Below the pieces are notes generated by a model. That model worked only from the letters and a program-made list of their open reading frames with translations, was not told the DNA's origin and ran no database searches. A DNA stretch of 64,000 nucleotides from Eledone cirrhosa (taxonomy: Eukaryota): contig OZ024746.1 of assembly GCA_964016885.1 (NCBI GenBank), positions 7,750,001-7,814,000 of the forward strand, written 5' to 3'. The position numbers and the translations under genes are program-made. Below are positions 13,102-25,795 of the stretch, piece after piece. Positions within the stretch are counted from its first letter, which is position 1. Each line of letters opens with the position of its first letter.

Positions 13102-13582
13102 CATCATCACCATCATCATCACCATCATCATCATCAACGTTTAACGTCCGTGTTCCACGCTTGCATGGGTTTGGACGGGGGTATTTCCACTTGAGGCAAG
13201 AGTGATTGTCTTGCTCGCATAGGACTGTCTGGCAGGTTTTCTACAGTTGGATGCCCTTCCTAACACCAACCACATTTACAGTGTGGGTCTGGGAGGTTTT
13301 TACCGTGTTGCCTACACGGCCACATTACAGCGTGGACTGTGTGTTTTTTTGTCGTGACACCTACACGATCTCATTTGTTTCGGCCTGGATGGCGTGGCAC
13401 CAACATAACTTTACATAGAACAGGGTGGTGTGGATGGGATGGGGGTGGTGGGACGGGGTGTATTTTGTTAGAGATGCCTACTGGCTGTAGTAGGTTTTAC
13501 TATGTATTTAGGTAAGGCGGGTCTTCTCTGTTACTGAGTACCGCCAAAGGTCTCGGTCCAGTGACAGTGTCTTGGAGAGGTG
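13101..13582 (-). mobile_element. RTE 3' fragment (same subfamily as 24107-25795)
   Basis: Nearly identical to 24107-24570. Confidence 0.9.
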
Positions 13583-13639
13583 TATATATATATTTATATA
13601 TATATATATATATTTATATATATGTATGTATATATATAT

Positions 13640-14022
13640 ATCATCATCATCCCCGTTTTACGTCAGTTCTTCCACGCTAGCATGGGTTAGACTGGTTGTC
13701 CTGCTGTGGGCAGTGTCTGGTCGGCTGACCATGCCTTGCTCTTACAGGAACTGATTCTGGCTTGATTTCTACAGCTGGATGCCCTCCCTAACACCAACCT
13801 CATTTACAGTGAGTGGTGGGTGCTTTTTTGCCGTGGCACCTCCACGTCCACTTTACAGTGTGGACTGGGTACTTTTTTTGCCCTGGCACATCCACAACCA
13901 CTTTGCAGTGGGAGGGTGTGAGGGCATATTGTCTATATGCTTCAGATTCGGCTTGTACCCGTGGGGGGGTCGGATCTTCTGTATTACTGCGTGACGCCAG
14001 AGGTCACGGCCGTGTGTCATCG
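13640..14022 (-). mobile_element. RTE 3' UTR fragment (third subfamily)
   Basis: Inverted homologue of ~21355-21684; shares aggaagggcatccagctgtagaaa and a (GAT)n tail. Confidence 0.8.
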
Positions 14023-14360
14023 CCTATATATATATATATATTAATTTATTAACTTGCCATTGAACCACACTGGCATAAGGTCGGACTATATTTGTATCCC
14101 TGTGTGTATTAATTACATGTAGGAACACATACTTTTATTATTATTCTCCCCAGTGGTAGAAAAACCTTTAGTCATCTAAATGGCTGCTATTTTTAGCAGT
14201 ACAGGATTGACTTGTCCACCCTGCTTTTGCCTTTGCACACGGTACCATGACAGAACTGCTTTATCATTCATTTGCTCTCAATCTGAGGCAGTTTGGAGTG
14301 GCGCCAGTTTGGAATATATATATATATATGTCTATATATATATATACTATATATATGTTG

Positions 14361-14701
14361 GAGGCACATGGCTTAGTGGTTAGAGCATTGGCCTTGCAAT
14401 CGAAAGGCTGTGAGTTCAATTCTCAGACCAGGTGATGTGTTGTTTCCTTGAGCAAGACACTTTATTTCACATTGCTCCAGTTTACTCAGCTGTAGAAATG
14501 AGATGATAGGGACTGGGGTCCCTATCATTCCACTGCAAAGTGGTCGTGGAGATGCCACGGCAAAAAAGCACCCAACACTCACTGTAAATGAGGTTGGTGT
14601 TAGGAAGGGCATCCAGCTGTAGAAATCAAGCCAGAATCAGTTCCCGTCCCACCCTTGCAAGCAGGGAAAAAGCGGACATAAAATGATGATGATGATGATG
14701 A

Positions 14702-14702
<1 letters not shown>
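14361..14702 (+). mobile_element. tRNA-derived CORE-like SINE with RTE-derived tail
   Basis: A box tggcttagtggt, B box gagttcaattc, CORE-like ccttgagcaagacacttta, RTE 3' end and (GAT)n. Confidence 0.85.
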
Positions 14703-14732
<30 letters not shown>

Positions 14733-14736
14733 TATG

Positions 14737-14790
<54 letters not shown>

Positions 14791-14876
14791 AAAGGCAAAC
14801 AGAAATAACAACACAATCGATACAGTATATGGAAGGTATATATTAGGTTAACGCTTGATATAGCAGGAAGAGGGTC

Positions 14877-14910
14877 TTAACATTTCGGATGATAGTCTTT
14901 CATCAGAAGA
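14877..14910 (-). ncRNA. Decayed minimal hammerhead-like motif in a PLE-like fragment (14788-15012)
   Basis: Minus strand tctt-CTGATGA-aagactatcatcc-GAAA-tgtt-aaga. A related, more decayed copy lies at ~45163-45230. Confidence 0.45.
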
Positions 14911-15061
14911 AAGAATGAGAAATAAAATAGATTAAGGGGACGGGCGGGATGGAATTGGAAAAAATGTCTTTAGATAAAAATAATAGGTCCATTCATGTTG
15001 ACATCGCTTGCAAATATATATATATATGTGAGAAAAACCACAGACCCTCCATCTCAACTCA

Positions 15062-15099
15062 CCTTTTGAAAAGCAGAAGAACTGCGAAACCGGTAAAGG
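15062..15099 (+). ncRNA. Minimal type I hammerhead ribozyme, U3:A8 core variant
   Basis: cctt-TTGAAAA-gcag(aagaa)ctgc-GAAA-ccgg-TA-aagg: perfect stems I and II, palindromic ACCGGT stem III, compensatory C3U/G8A core. Confidence 0.8.
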
Positions 15100-15245
15100 A
15101 ACCAAACAAATATATATATTTAAAAAAAAAATAAGACTTCAGTTGCATTTTCGATTTAATCTCTTTTTCTTTATACTTTCACTCGTGTAGGACACCTCGG
15201 TTATTTTTCATTTTGTAAAAAAAACCTCACTTTCTAATATATATT

Positions 15246-15280
<35 letters not shown>

Positions 15281-15311
15281 ATTTATATATATATATATTT
15301 ATATATATATA

Positions 15312-15607
<296 letters not shown>

Positions 15608-15610
15608 ATA

Positions 15611-15676
<66 letters not shown>

Positions 15677-16323
15677 GATATTACCCATTATAAACATATA
15701 TGCAAATGTACAATTACATAACGATTCAATGCAGAATATGATCATATTTTGTGCTCCCTACTTCTTTCCTGTTATAGGTGTAGTGCCTCCCCATATGGGT
15801 TCTACGGTGGCTTCTAAGGCCTGCTACTCACCTGTAGGTTATGTTGCAGATCCCACAGGTGTATGGCACCACCACACAAATTTCTTTATTACCATTGGTA
15901 TATGACATGTTAAAGTGTCTCGTTAAACATGACTTTGATCAACAAATGTAATTACAGGTTGTGGCACTTGAAATTATATATTTACCTCACATGTGATTTC
16001 AAGTGGTTAGTCAGTCCAGCTGTGGTGGTATTATCACACATACACTGACATCACGAGGAGGATCATGGGCTCTTACACACCAGAGAATGTTTCCCCACAC
16101 CATTGGTGGGTAGCGACGTTGAGTTGTACTGTTATTGAAAGAGTCACACAAATTAGAACTGGAATATACTGAAACTATATATTTGAATAAACAAACCCAT
16201 TTTTAGACATTTTCTGCTAAATCTTTATAGGATGTTAAGAGTTGACCCTTATTATACCAAACCATGTGAAACTGCTCTTGGTTCTATGACTCAAAACTAT
16301 TTATTTTAAAGTGTTTATACTTA

Positions 16324-16503
16324 CTGTATATACTCGAATATAAGCTTATCCTAATATAAGTTGATCTCCCCTGAGAAATAGGCAAAAGTCCAAACCCCAT
16401 TTATAAACCAGAGCAGCTAATCAACATATTATTTAGATGGTGTATATAAGTCAACCTCCCATTTGTTTTGTCCATTCCTTGACTTATATTAGAATATATA
16501 CAG
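16324..16503. mobile_element. Tc1/mariner-superfamily (Tc2/pogo-like) MITE with TA TSD, nested in a piggyBac-like MITE (~16242-16626)
   Basis: TIRs ta|ctgtatatactcgaatataag and cttatattagaatatatacag|ta. Removing it restores aaagtgtttatac-t-ta-tctaaaa, as seen in other host copies. Confidence 0.8.
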
Positions 16504-17380
16504 TATCTAAAAACTTACCATCATAATTCTATGGAAGAACCTTCATTAATTTATGTTCCCAAACCCCTCTAAAGTCTTGATTATTTGCAAAAACATAAAT
16601 AGTTTCTTATGGTAACAAAAGAGTAATACAGATTGTCTTATGGTAACAAAAAAGTAATACAGATTGCCTTGAGTTGTTATATTTTGGTGGGATTATAATT
16701 ACTAGAACTGACATGCTATTTAAGTAAACACAAAAGGTTTTATTTTTATTTTAATCTTTAGTTGTTTAAATGTCTCACTGAAAGTAGAAAATAAGTTCTG
16801 TTATTTAGGTGACACAATTAATACTAGAAGTGAGAATTAGTGGTAGTGGTGTGGTTAGAGTGTATGTAGGGGCAGTGGAGGTGTTAGGAGACTCCAGTAA
16901 CACAGATGATTATGAAGCAAGTGTGTGTGTGAAGAAATATGATGCTGTATAGCAGTGGAACATGAGTTGTTAATGTAGAGTGTCTTGAGTGACTGAAAAG
17001 GTATGAATTTAGTATATGTTAGCTGTGCAATATAAAACTAAGTGATAATTATAGAAATACTGTGGTATCTTACATATGTAATACAGGGTGTTGAAAAACT
17101 TTGATCCTTTCTTTACCACATTTCTAATGAAGAACACTACTGCCAAAGTGTTTCAATTAATTTTGAAAATAATAAAAAGTTTGGAGAGATTTAGTAAAAA
17201 ATCTCACCAAATTCTTTATTTCAAAAGATTTTTACTAAAACTCTATCTAACTTTCTCATTATTTATCTGGTATGTGGAATGTAACATAAGAAAGCCTCAT
17301 ATATACAATTTACAATGGAAGATTTATTAGTCAAATAAAAAACAATTCTTTCATTAATAAGCTAATATTGAGAACATTAC

Positions 17381-17619
17381 TTAACCATTTAATTACTAAC
17401 CCAGCCGAAACAGACTCTGGTTCTATGAAATAAAGTCACCCATTTTAAAGGTTTCCAATTTAAATTACAATCTTTCAACATAATTTTATATAAGAACCTT
17501 ATATTAAGTTACTATCTTAGTAATGAAATAATTAATAATTTTAGTAAATCCCTCAAAATTCTTCATTAATTAATTGAAACGAGTGTATTTCATTAGAAAT
17601 GTGGTCATGAAAGGGTTAG
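17381..17619. mobile_element. piggyBac-like MITE
   Basis: Close homologue of 4859-5098, ending gaaagggttag. Confidence 0.8.
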
Positions 17620-18617
17620 ATATAATTACAATGGAAGGTTATAATATAGGTAGAAACATTTTATAATTATCAGATTTTGTATCAAAAATTCAGGCCAGTA
17701 TCAGGTAGGTTGGTATCTTTTGATAGCAACCTGCCTGATAACAAACATTATCCATACAGTTAGTAAACACCATCCTCTACATTATGATGATGATCTCCAT
17801 TAATCAAGGTTTTGCAACTCAACATATATTCGAGATTAACTGATTAAACTTCAATTAATTTGAGTTATCTATGCAGTTAGTAAGCAAAAACTCCCTTAAT
17901 ATTGTTTGGATAGTCTCTGTTCGTCAAAGTTTTTCAAGCCACTATATTACATGAGACCCTACTACATGTGTATATGTATGCTGCTATTTTCCCTCAGTCA
18001 TATTATTTTTAGTAATAAGTTTTAATAATGGTTTTTGATTTAGACACAATGCCAGAAATTTGAAGGGAAGGGAAAGTCAATTATATCAACCCCAGTTCAT
18101 TACTACTACTTTATTTTATTGACCCCATAAGGATGAAAGGCAAAGCTAACCTCGGCAATAATAAGTTGTAGGCATCGTTAGATGACGTATGCAGGAGCAA
18201 TGAATACATTTGTATGGAGATAGATATAATTGAAAAAATATGAGATATGCTCAGTGTAAAAATGAAGTGAGTTAGTGGAGCTTGGTACCAATGGTAGAGG
18301 CTGGCTGTAGGAGAATGGTTGTTAAAAACCATAAGAATAAATAGAGAAAAAAGAAAGAGAAGAGAGATGGATAGATGGAGATAAGGATATTGGGCTTCAC
18401 AGATAGAACAATGTTTATGTATGATCATCATTACTGTTTAATGTCTATTTAAAAAAGATATATTTTCAAAATAATTAATGTTTGTATTTTGGTGCAGTTG
18501 AGAAGACTCGGCTATCAATCTAATGTGTTTGGTGGTCACCATTCAAATATCAGATCTGCACATCTGACAGAAAAATGTCAGGGTTGTTATGTGAGCAAAA
18601 TATATGCCTGAAAACAT

Positions 18618-19242
18618 TGGACATGTGTAGGGTGAGTAGCCATCATTATAATATCTGGTGAGATGAGAGGTAGTGTACAGTGGACATGTGTAGGGTGAGT
18701 AGCCATCATTATAATATCTGGTGAGATTAGAGGTAGTGTACAGTGGACACGTGTAGGGTGAGTAGCCATCATTATAATATCTAGTGAGATTAGAGGCAGT
18801 GTACAGTGGACATGTGTAGGGTGAGTAGCCATCATTATAATATCTAGTGAGATTAGAGGTAGTGTACAGTGGACATGTGTAGGGTGAGTAGCCATCATTA
18901 TAATATCTAGTGAGATTAGAGGTAGTGTACAGTGGACATGTGTAGGGTGAGTAGCCATCATTATAATATCTAGTGAGATTAGAGGTAGTGTACAGTGGAC
19001 ATGTGTAGGGTGAGTAGCCATCATTATAATATCTAGTGAGATTAGAGGTAGTGTACAGTGGACATGTGTAGGGTGAGTAGCCATCATTATAATATCTGGT
19101 GAGATTAGAGGTAGTGTACAGTGGACATGTGTAGGGTGAGTAGCCATCATTATAATATCTGGTGAGATTAGAGGTAGTGTACAGTGGACATGTGTAGGGT
19201 GAGTAGCCATCATTATAATATCTGGTGAGATTAGAGGTAGTG
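18618..19242. repeat. 63-bp minisatellite, ~10 copies
   Basis: tggacatgtgtagggtgagtagccatcattataatatctagtgagattagaggtagtgtacag; explains the 21-aa periodic ORFs. Confidence 0.97.
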
Positions 19243-21043
19243 AACAAACATTCATGTAGAGAAAGAAAATAGTTGAAAAGATTATTCAGCTCTGAACTGC
19301 CTTTGAGCTGAGAAATATTTCCCATTATTAAACAATCTGCTAGAAAACTTCCAATTAGTAGTGGAGGATTTTAAAAATCACCACCAGTCACCAGCACCAG
19401 CAGAACCAGCACCACCACCACCACCAGCAGAACCAGCACCAAAACCACCACCATCTACATCAGGACCACCACAAGCACCACCATCACCAGCACCATCACC
19501 AGCACCACCACCACCACCACCACCACATTTTTCGTGGCACTGCCTTCCTTTATAGAGGTAGAACAACAACTTCATTGTTAAATTGATTTTTGTAGAAACA
19601 GAATAAGTTAATGGATAGTGTGTAGGATTAATAGTTCATGGATAATCCACCATAAGTGTTTCAGGTTTCAGTGTGTTTGGTCAAGGCAAGACACTTTATT
19701 CCAATGGGCTCAATGGGAAAAGAAATCCAAGTGAAAATTTATTGAGTACGTATATGGTGGACAGTAATATTGTTGTCTTGAGTGTGGGAGTATTACATCT
19801 GGTGCAGTCTAGTTTGTATAGCATGTAATTGTTTGGAAAAGTTCTTTAATTAAAAATCTGATATCTTAAAAATAGAGCTGTGACCAACTGCTTTAAGTGG
19901 GGAATGCTAACTGCTAGGCTACCCTGGATACTAAATTTGTTTATTCAAAATAACGCAGAATAACTGAACAGTGTATGTAGATTAAAGCTATTGTGGAGAA
20001 TTTGAATGAAGGATATTGACTCAGTGTGTTGATTTTAAAGCCCCAGTGAACAAATTAGTAAATTTGAAAATTAAAAACATAACATAGAAAACTTTCTATG
20101 GAATCATTACTTTCTATCTTATCTCTGGTTTAACACAAAACATAAAATATTCCAGCTGTCGACATAATAAAAACATTTTTATTTAGTAAGAATTATATTT
20201 GGGAAAAACCAGCAAAGCGTAATCTTAGCTAAAGATAAATCCTTTCCCTGAGCCTAGATGACTCACAGGACTGGTTTTTATCTCTAGTTTCTGCAGCATT
20301 TAACAGATAGATAGAAGGTAAGTCTTCCTGAAGATAAGAGGAGTAATCAATAGTTAGTCAACTTTCCAGATGGAATAGAACTAATAACTTCCTCACAAGC
20401 AGAGACTGCAATTCAAGTTCAATTCTTGGTTGATCTATTCATCTTTATTGAAGCCTTGTACCAACACTTAGTCAATATCATGATGAGGGTGGACTGGGGG
20501 TGGAGGAGAAATCTGCATGTAGCCACGTTGATTTGCCTTTGATACATACATGTACACGCACACACAAGCAATATATATATATACATCCACACTGTAATGT
20601 GGTCATGTAGGTGACACAACAAAAAGGCATCCAGCCCACACTGTAAAGTAGTTATGTAGGGGACACAACAAAAAGCACCCAGTACACACAGTAAATGCGG
20701 TTGCTGTTAGGAAGGGCATCCAGTTGTAGAAACCTAGGCCAAATCAGTATATATACATGTAGTTAGTTTTTTATTGTGTATCGGCCAGTTACACGCACAT
20801 TGCAGAGGATTGGCTGAGGGTCACCAATAGAAGTTATGGACCTGACTCCATTATCAATCTGCTCTTCAAACTGGCAATTAAAAAAAAAATACATACATAT
20901 ACATATATCATCATCATCGTTTAACGTCCATCTTCCACGCTAGCATGGGTTAGATGGGAGTTGTCCTAATTTGAGGCAAGGTTGGTCGGGTGACCATGTC
21001 TCGCTCATATAGGACTATCTGGCATATATATATATATATATAT

Positions 21044-21262
21044 GAGCTTTTGATTCCAGAGTTGGGCTAGATCGATACAGATCAAACCTTGAGCTGATCA
21101 GTAGCGAAACGTGCGTCACCAACCAATAAATGTAATGAAGGAGTAACCATTCGTCCTTATATTATTATATTACACTCTGTCTAGCTCTACACTGACGTGA
21201 ACCTAAACATCGAGTGCTCACCCGGGTGAACCTACAGTAACTCCACATTACACTCCCTGGAT
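21044..21262 (+). mobile_element. PLE-like pseudo-LTR fragment inserted in (TA)n, 5'-truncated inside the hammerhead core
   Basis: Reverse complement of 8075-8306; flanked by TA runs on both sides. Confidence 0.6.
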
Positions 21263-21271
21263 ATATATATG

Positions 21272-21684
21272 CTTAGAAGTAGAAACAGTAGACAGCTTCT
21301 GCTACCTAGGTGACCGAATTAGCAGCAGAGGTGGGTGTTCAGAAAGTACAATAACGATGACACACGACCGTGACCTCTGGTGTCATACAGTAATACAGAA
21401 GACCCGACCCCCCCATGGGTACAAGCCAATGATGAAGCATATAGACAATATGCCCCCACAACCTCCCACTGCAAAGTGGTTGAGGAGGCGCCACAGAAAA
21501 AAGCACCCAGCACTCACTGTAAATGAGGTTGGTGTTAGGAAGGGCATCCAGCTGTAGAAATCAAGCCAGAATCAGTTCCCGTATGAGCAAGACAAGGTCA
21601 GCCGACCGGACACTGCCCACAACAGGACAACCCATCTAACCCATGCTAGCGTGGAAGAACGGACGTAAAACGGTGATGATGATG
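21272..21684 (+). mobile_element. Internally deleted RTE 3' fragment (third subfamily)
   Basis: Starts with VETVDSFCYLGDRISSRGGCSES, then jumps to the 3' end, UTR and (GAT)n tail. Confidence 0.8.
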
Positions 21685-24106
21685 CTTATTGTAGTAATGT
21701 GCTTCATGTTGTTGTTTTTTATCTTGAAAGCCTCCATTTTTAATGTAGTATCATTTCTAAGTTTACAAATGTCAACAGCGATATCTACATATTGAATGCA
21801 AGTTTTTATGTATGTTTTAACATTGTCTCTCTTCTGAAATAGTCTGTCTTGTCTGATTTCTAATTTCAGTATAATTTGAAATGATGGGTGTTCTGCTAAT
21901 AATACTGTTTCTTAAATCATTGCTACATGAATGTTGAAAGGGACGATAAAATGTTTTAGTTCCATAACAGTAATTTTAATGCCATTAGTACTGTATTGCT
22001 GAATTTAAAAAATGTTTGTCATGTTTACCCAGTTTATTTTTGTATGTAAAGCATTTATTTTTAAATGTATTGTGTGTGGACCTGTGATGTTAGAAAGAGA
22101 GCTAAGAATGGTACCTCTCATTTGTTGCTGTTGTTGCTGTCAATGTTATTTTTCCTGTGAAGTTATATTTTTCTGGATTATATAAAATGTTGTTTGGATG
22201 TTTGTAGAATTATTTTGAAGACTTTGTAAGACATCTTTACAGATATTTTGGTATGGCATGTACTTGTAACTCCTGAAGGAGTCATAGGGGTGCCATATTA
22301 CATTTCTTAGGGTACTTTTAAAAACCTGGCGGAGTCTATCTCCTCTCTAAGCCTGAATACAGCAGATTTCTTCTAAGAGAAGGATAGAGAGTGAGAGAAA
22401 CGAAGTGAGAAAGAGATATAGATGAAGAATCAACTCCAGTACTTGACTGGTACTTTTGTTATCGATCTCACATGAACAAAAGGCAAAGTTGACCTCAATG
22501 GGTGTTTTAGAGTCCACTTTTGTAGAATCAAGTCCAGTCATTCTCTGGTAGCATTTACACATATTGTAAGAAATGTTTCTGTGTCAATTATATATCACCC
22601 AGCCAGCCTTCTAGCCAAGATACTCCTGTTTTCTTTACTGGCATATTATATTCAGTCTTAGTTTATAGGTGGAGTCATTAGAATGTTGGTGGTAATTTCT
22701 TGCACATTAAGTAACCATTATGGCTTCCTCAATAAGTTCAAACTGTCCAGATACAAGCCATAATTCATTACTGTCTGGGGCCCAAATTGTTGACCTCCTT
22801 TCAGTGGGCCCATGAAATTGATCCCTGATCTCAATCAAATGAACAACAACACCCTGAGACAGCAAGTTTCATATGAAGACTGCATAACTGAGTGTTATAG
22901 TCCTCAGCTAAACAGAGACATGGTATAACTGTGTTGATTGGTCATCTCTAACAGCTTATTGTTTGATTGACCATCTGTGACCATAGGACTCTGCTAAACC
23001 AAAACTAACCTGTCACTAAACATTACCTCTTCTAGTTTGACCTAATGTCATCTGCCTCTCCCAAATTCTCCTCTTTGCTCTAATACAAAATGATTCCTTC
23101 TTTAATCAATCAGGGAGTTTTTATGATGTTGCTCAACCTGCAAAAATATAGCAGATATATTTCCCTCAAATCACATGCTACCATCTTTAAAAAAGGACAC
23201 AATAAACAGTCATCACCACTAGTGTTTTTGATCATAGGTCTACCCCACCAAGAATGACTTAAACACCAACCAATTTAGAACATCTAGCAAGCATAATCCG
23301 TTATTCTTACATGCCCCCCTCACCAACATCTAGCAATATTTTATCACCAACCACTTGTAAGTAAGGAGAGTGTGGACAGCTTAGTGGATAGTGCTCCAGA
23401 CAAGCAGCCAAGTGGTTTACAGCCTGTCCTCACCACTGTACTGTGTATCCAAGGACAGGATAATTAAGAAACTTCTCTAAAAAGTAGCAACATAGTGACA
23501 TTGACAAGTGGTCAACTGTTCTAGTATTAAACCTTAGGCAAGGATTCACCAACTACATTAGCCTACCTTTACATGTAATTCAAACTCTGGTTCTGATTAT
23601 AAGCTGCAGCCTTATTCCATGTTGAATTCATCATACTCTGTACATCTACAACCAAAAGGGGTACTCAGAAAGCATGTTTTTTATGTGTGTGTTTGTTCCC
23701 ATTTTCATCTCCAAAACACCATTAAGTTGGTGAATCTATTACCATACTGAAAAGTATGGGTTGGCACCAGGAAGGGATAAAACAGGACTGTGTAAAGTGA
23801 TTGGTGTGAGGAAGGGTATTTAGCTGTAGAAACCTTGCCAAAAATAGAATGTATGAGATATGATTCTCTGACCCATCTAGAACATTAACACCAAATGAGA
23901 ATGATCAGTATCATGACAAGCTGTGTCAATATGGAAAGGTATATGTGATGATGATGTTGATGTAAAGCTTCAAAATGTCTCAAGAAAGAGAGTAAAATGG
24001 ACAATTGGAGAAAGTTATATAACTAAATCCATCCAAATTCTTGATAATTTTCAGAATTATTTTAAAATCATAGGCAGTCTTTCATTAGAAATATGATAAT
24101 GAAAAT

Positions 24107-25795
24107 CATCATCATCATCATCAACGTTTAACGTCCGTGTTCCACGCTTGCATGGGTTTGGACGGGGGTATTCCCACTTGAGGCAAGAGTGATTGTCTTG
24201 CTCGCATAGGACTATCTGGCAGGTTTTCTACAGTTGGATGCCCTTCCTAACACCAACCACATTTACAGTGTGGGTCTGGGAGGTTTTTACCGTGTTGCCT
24301 ACACGGCCACATTACAGCGTGGACTGTGTGTTTTTTTGTCGTGACACCTACACGATCTCATTTGTTTCGGCCTGGATGGCGCGGCACCAACATAACTTTA
24401 CATAGAACGGGGTGGTGTGGATGGGGTGGGGGTGGTGGGACGGGGTGTATTTTGTTAGAGATGCCTACTGGCTGTAGTAGGTTTTACTATGTATTTAGGT
24501 AAGGCGGGTCTTCTCTGTTACTGAGTACCGCCAAAGGTCTCGGTCCAGTGACATTGTCTTGGAGAGGTGTAAGTGTGTGAGGTCGGAGTTTATCAGCTCG
24601 TCCCAGGTTTTTCTAGGTCTGCCTATTCCGTGGCTACCGTCCATCTTTATTGCCCTGCACTTTGTTATACAGCTATCGACTTTCATGCGCATCACGTGTC
24701 CATACCAACGTAGCCTTCTCTCGAGTAAACAACATCTGATCCCTCTTATTTCTAATTTTTTCCTTAGTTCGTTTATGCTTTGCCGTTCACGTATATTACT
24801 GTTACACATCCAGCCGAGCATGCAAGCTTCGTTCCTCTCTAGTCTGCGTATATCCTCTGCACACAATGCCCAGGTCTCACTGCCATGCAACATTGCTGTT
24901 CGTATGCAGGCATCATACAACCTGCCTTTCATTTTTAGGGAGAACCCTTTAGCAGCTAATAGTGGTATAAGCTCTCTGAACTTTTTCCAACCAGTTCTGA
25001 CTCTAGCTACTGTACTTTCAGAGCACCCTCCCCCACTGCTGATTTTATCGCCCAGGTAACGGAAGCTGTCCACTATTTCTATAGAACCCTCTGCGCAATT
25101 GAAAGAGCTAGTATTTTGTGGGCACTTGCTGCTACTTATTGCACCAGAGCACCGGCCACATGTAAAATCTATGTTCTTAGTTAGCTTACCTGTGATCCCA
25201 CTACATCTTTTATGCACCCATACTTTGCATTTGGGACATAAAATGGAGTTTCTACCTACGCCTTTCCTCCACACTGAGCATGGCCATTTCCCAGAAGGGA
25301 CCGCCGCCTTATTTTCTTTCCTACAAACTAGAACTTTAGTCTTAGCCAGGTTAATTTTAAGTCCTTTTGATTCTAGGCCGTGCTTCCATGTTTGGAATTT
25401 CTTCTCTAGCTCGGCCATTGATTCAGCTATGAGTGTCAGGTCGTCTGCGTATAGGAGTTCCCATGGGCAGCCGGTCTTGAACTCCTCTGTTATAGCCTGA
25501 AGGGCAATAATAAATAGTAGGGGGCTGAGAACAGAGCCCTGATGGACGCCAACTTTTACGCTAAACTCTTCACTATATTCGTTGTTAATTCTAACCTTGC
25601 TGACTGTTTCTTTATACATGGCTTGTATAGCTCTCACAAGCCATTCGTCAACCCCTAGTTTTCTAAGAGCCCACCCGATAATGGAGCGGGGGACTCTGTC
25701 GAAGGCTTTCTCCAAGTCGACAAAAGCTAAGTAGAGGGGTTTACCTTTAGCTAGGTACTTCTCCTGTAGTTGTTGTACAATGAAAAGAGCGTCTG
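24107..25795 (-). mobile_element. 5'-truncated RTE-clade LINE (RT C-terminal ORF 24495-25715), (GAT)n tail, TSD TGAAAAT
   Basis: RT motifs AFVDLEKAFD, GVHQGSVLSPLLF, LLYADD, FRYLG; RRLRWYGHVMR and GRPRKTW C-terminus. TGAAAAT at 24100-24106 and 25796-25802. Confidence 0.95.

Noticed and set aside
15825-15935. Minus-strand PYTCGICNITY resembling half a C2H2 finger before CAG|GTGAGT
   Set aside because: No second half or partner exon found; too short to support a gene call.
18543-19325. 260-aa and 222-aa repetitive ORFs
   Set aside because: They are open only because the 63-bp unit is a multiple of three and stop-free in those frames; no recognisable domain.
19361-19575. Pro-rich / Gly-rich ORFs (also 49125-49443)
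   Set aside because: (CCA)n-derived; no convincing splice or domain context.
24559-25500. Plus-strand ORFs over the RTE (and antisense ORFs at 44063-45098, 50125-51615)
   Set aside because: Antisense shadows of LINE ORF2.
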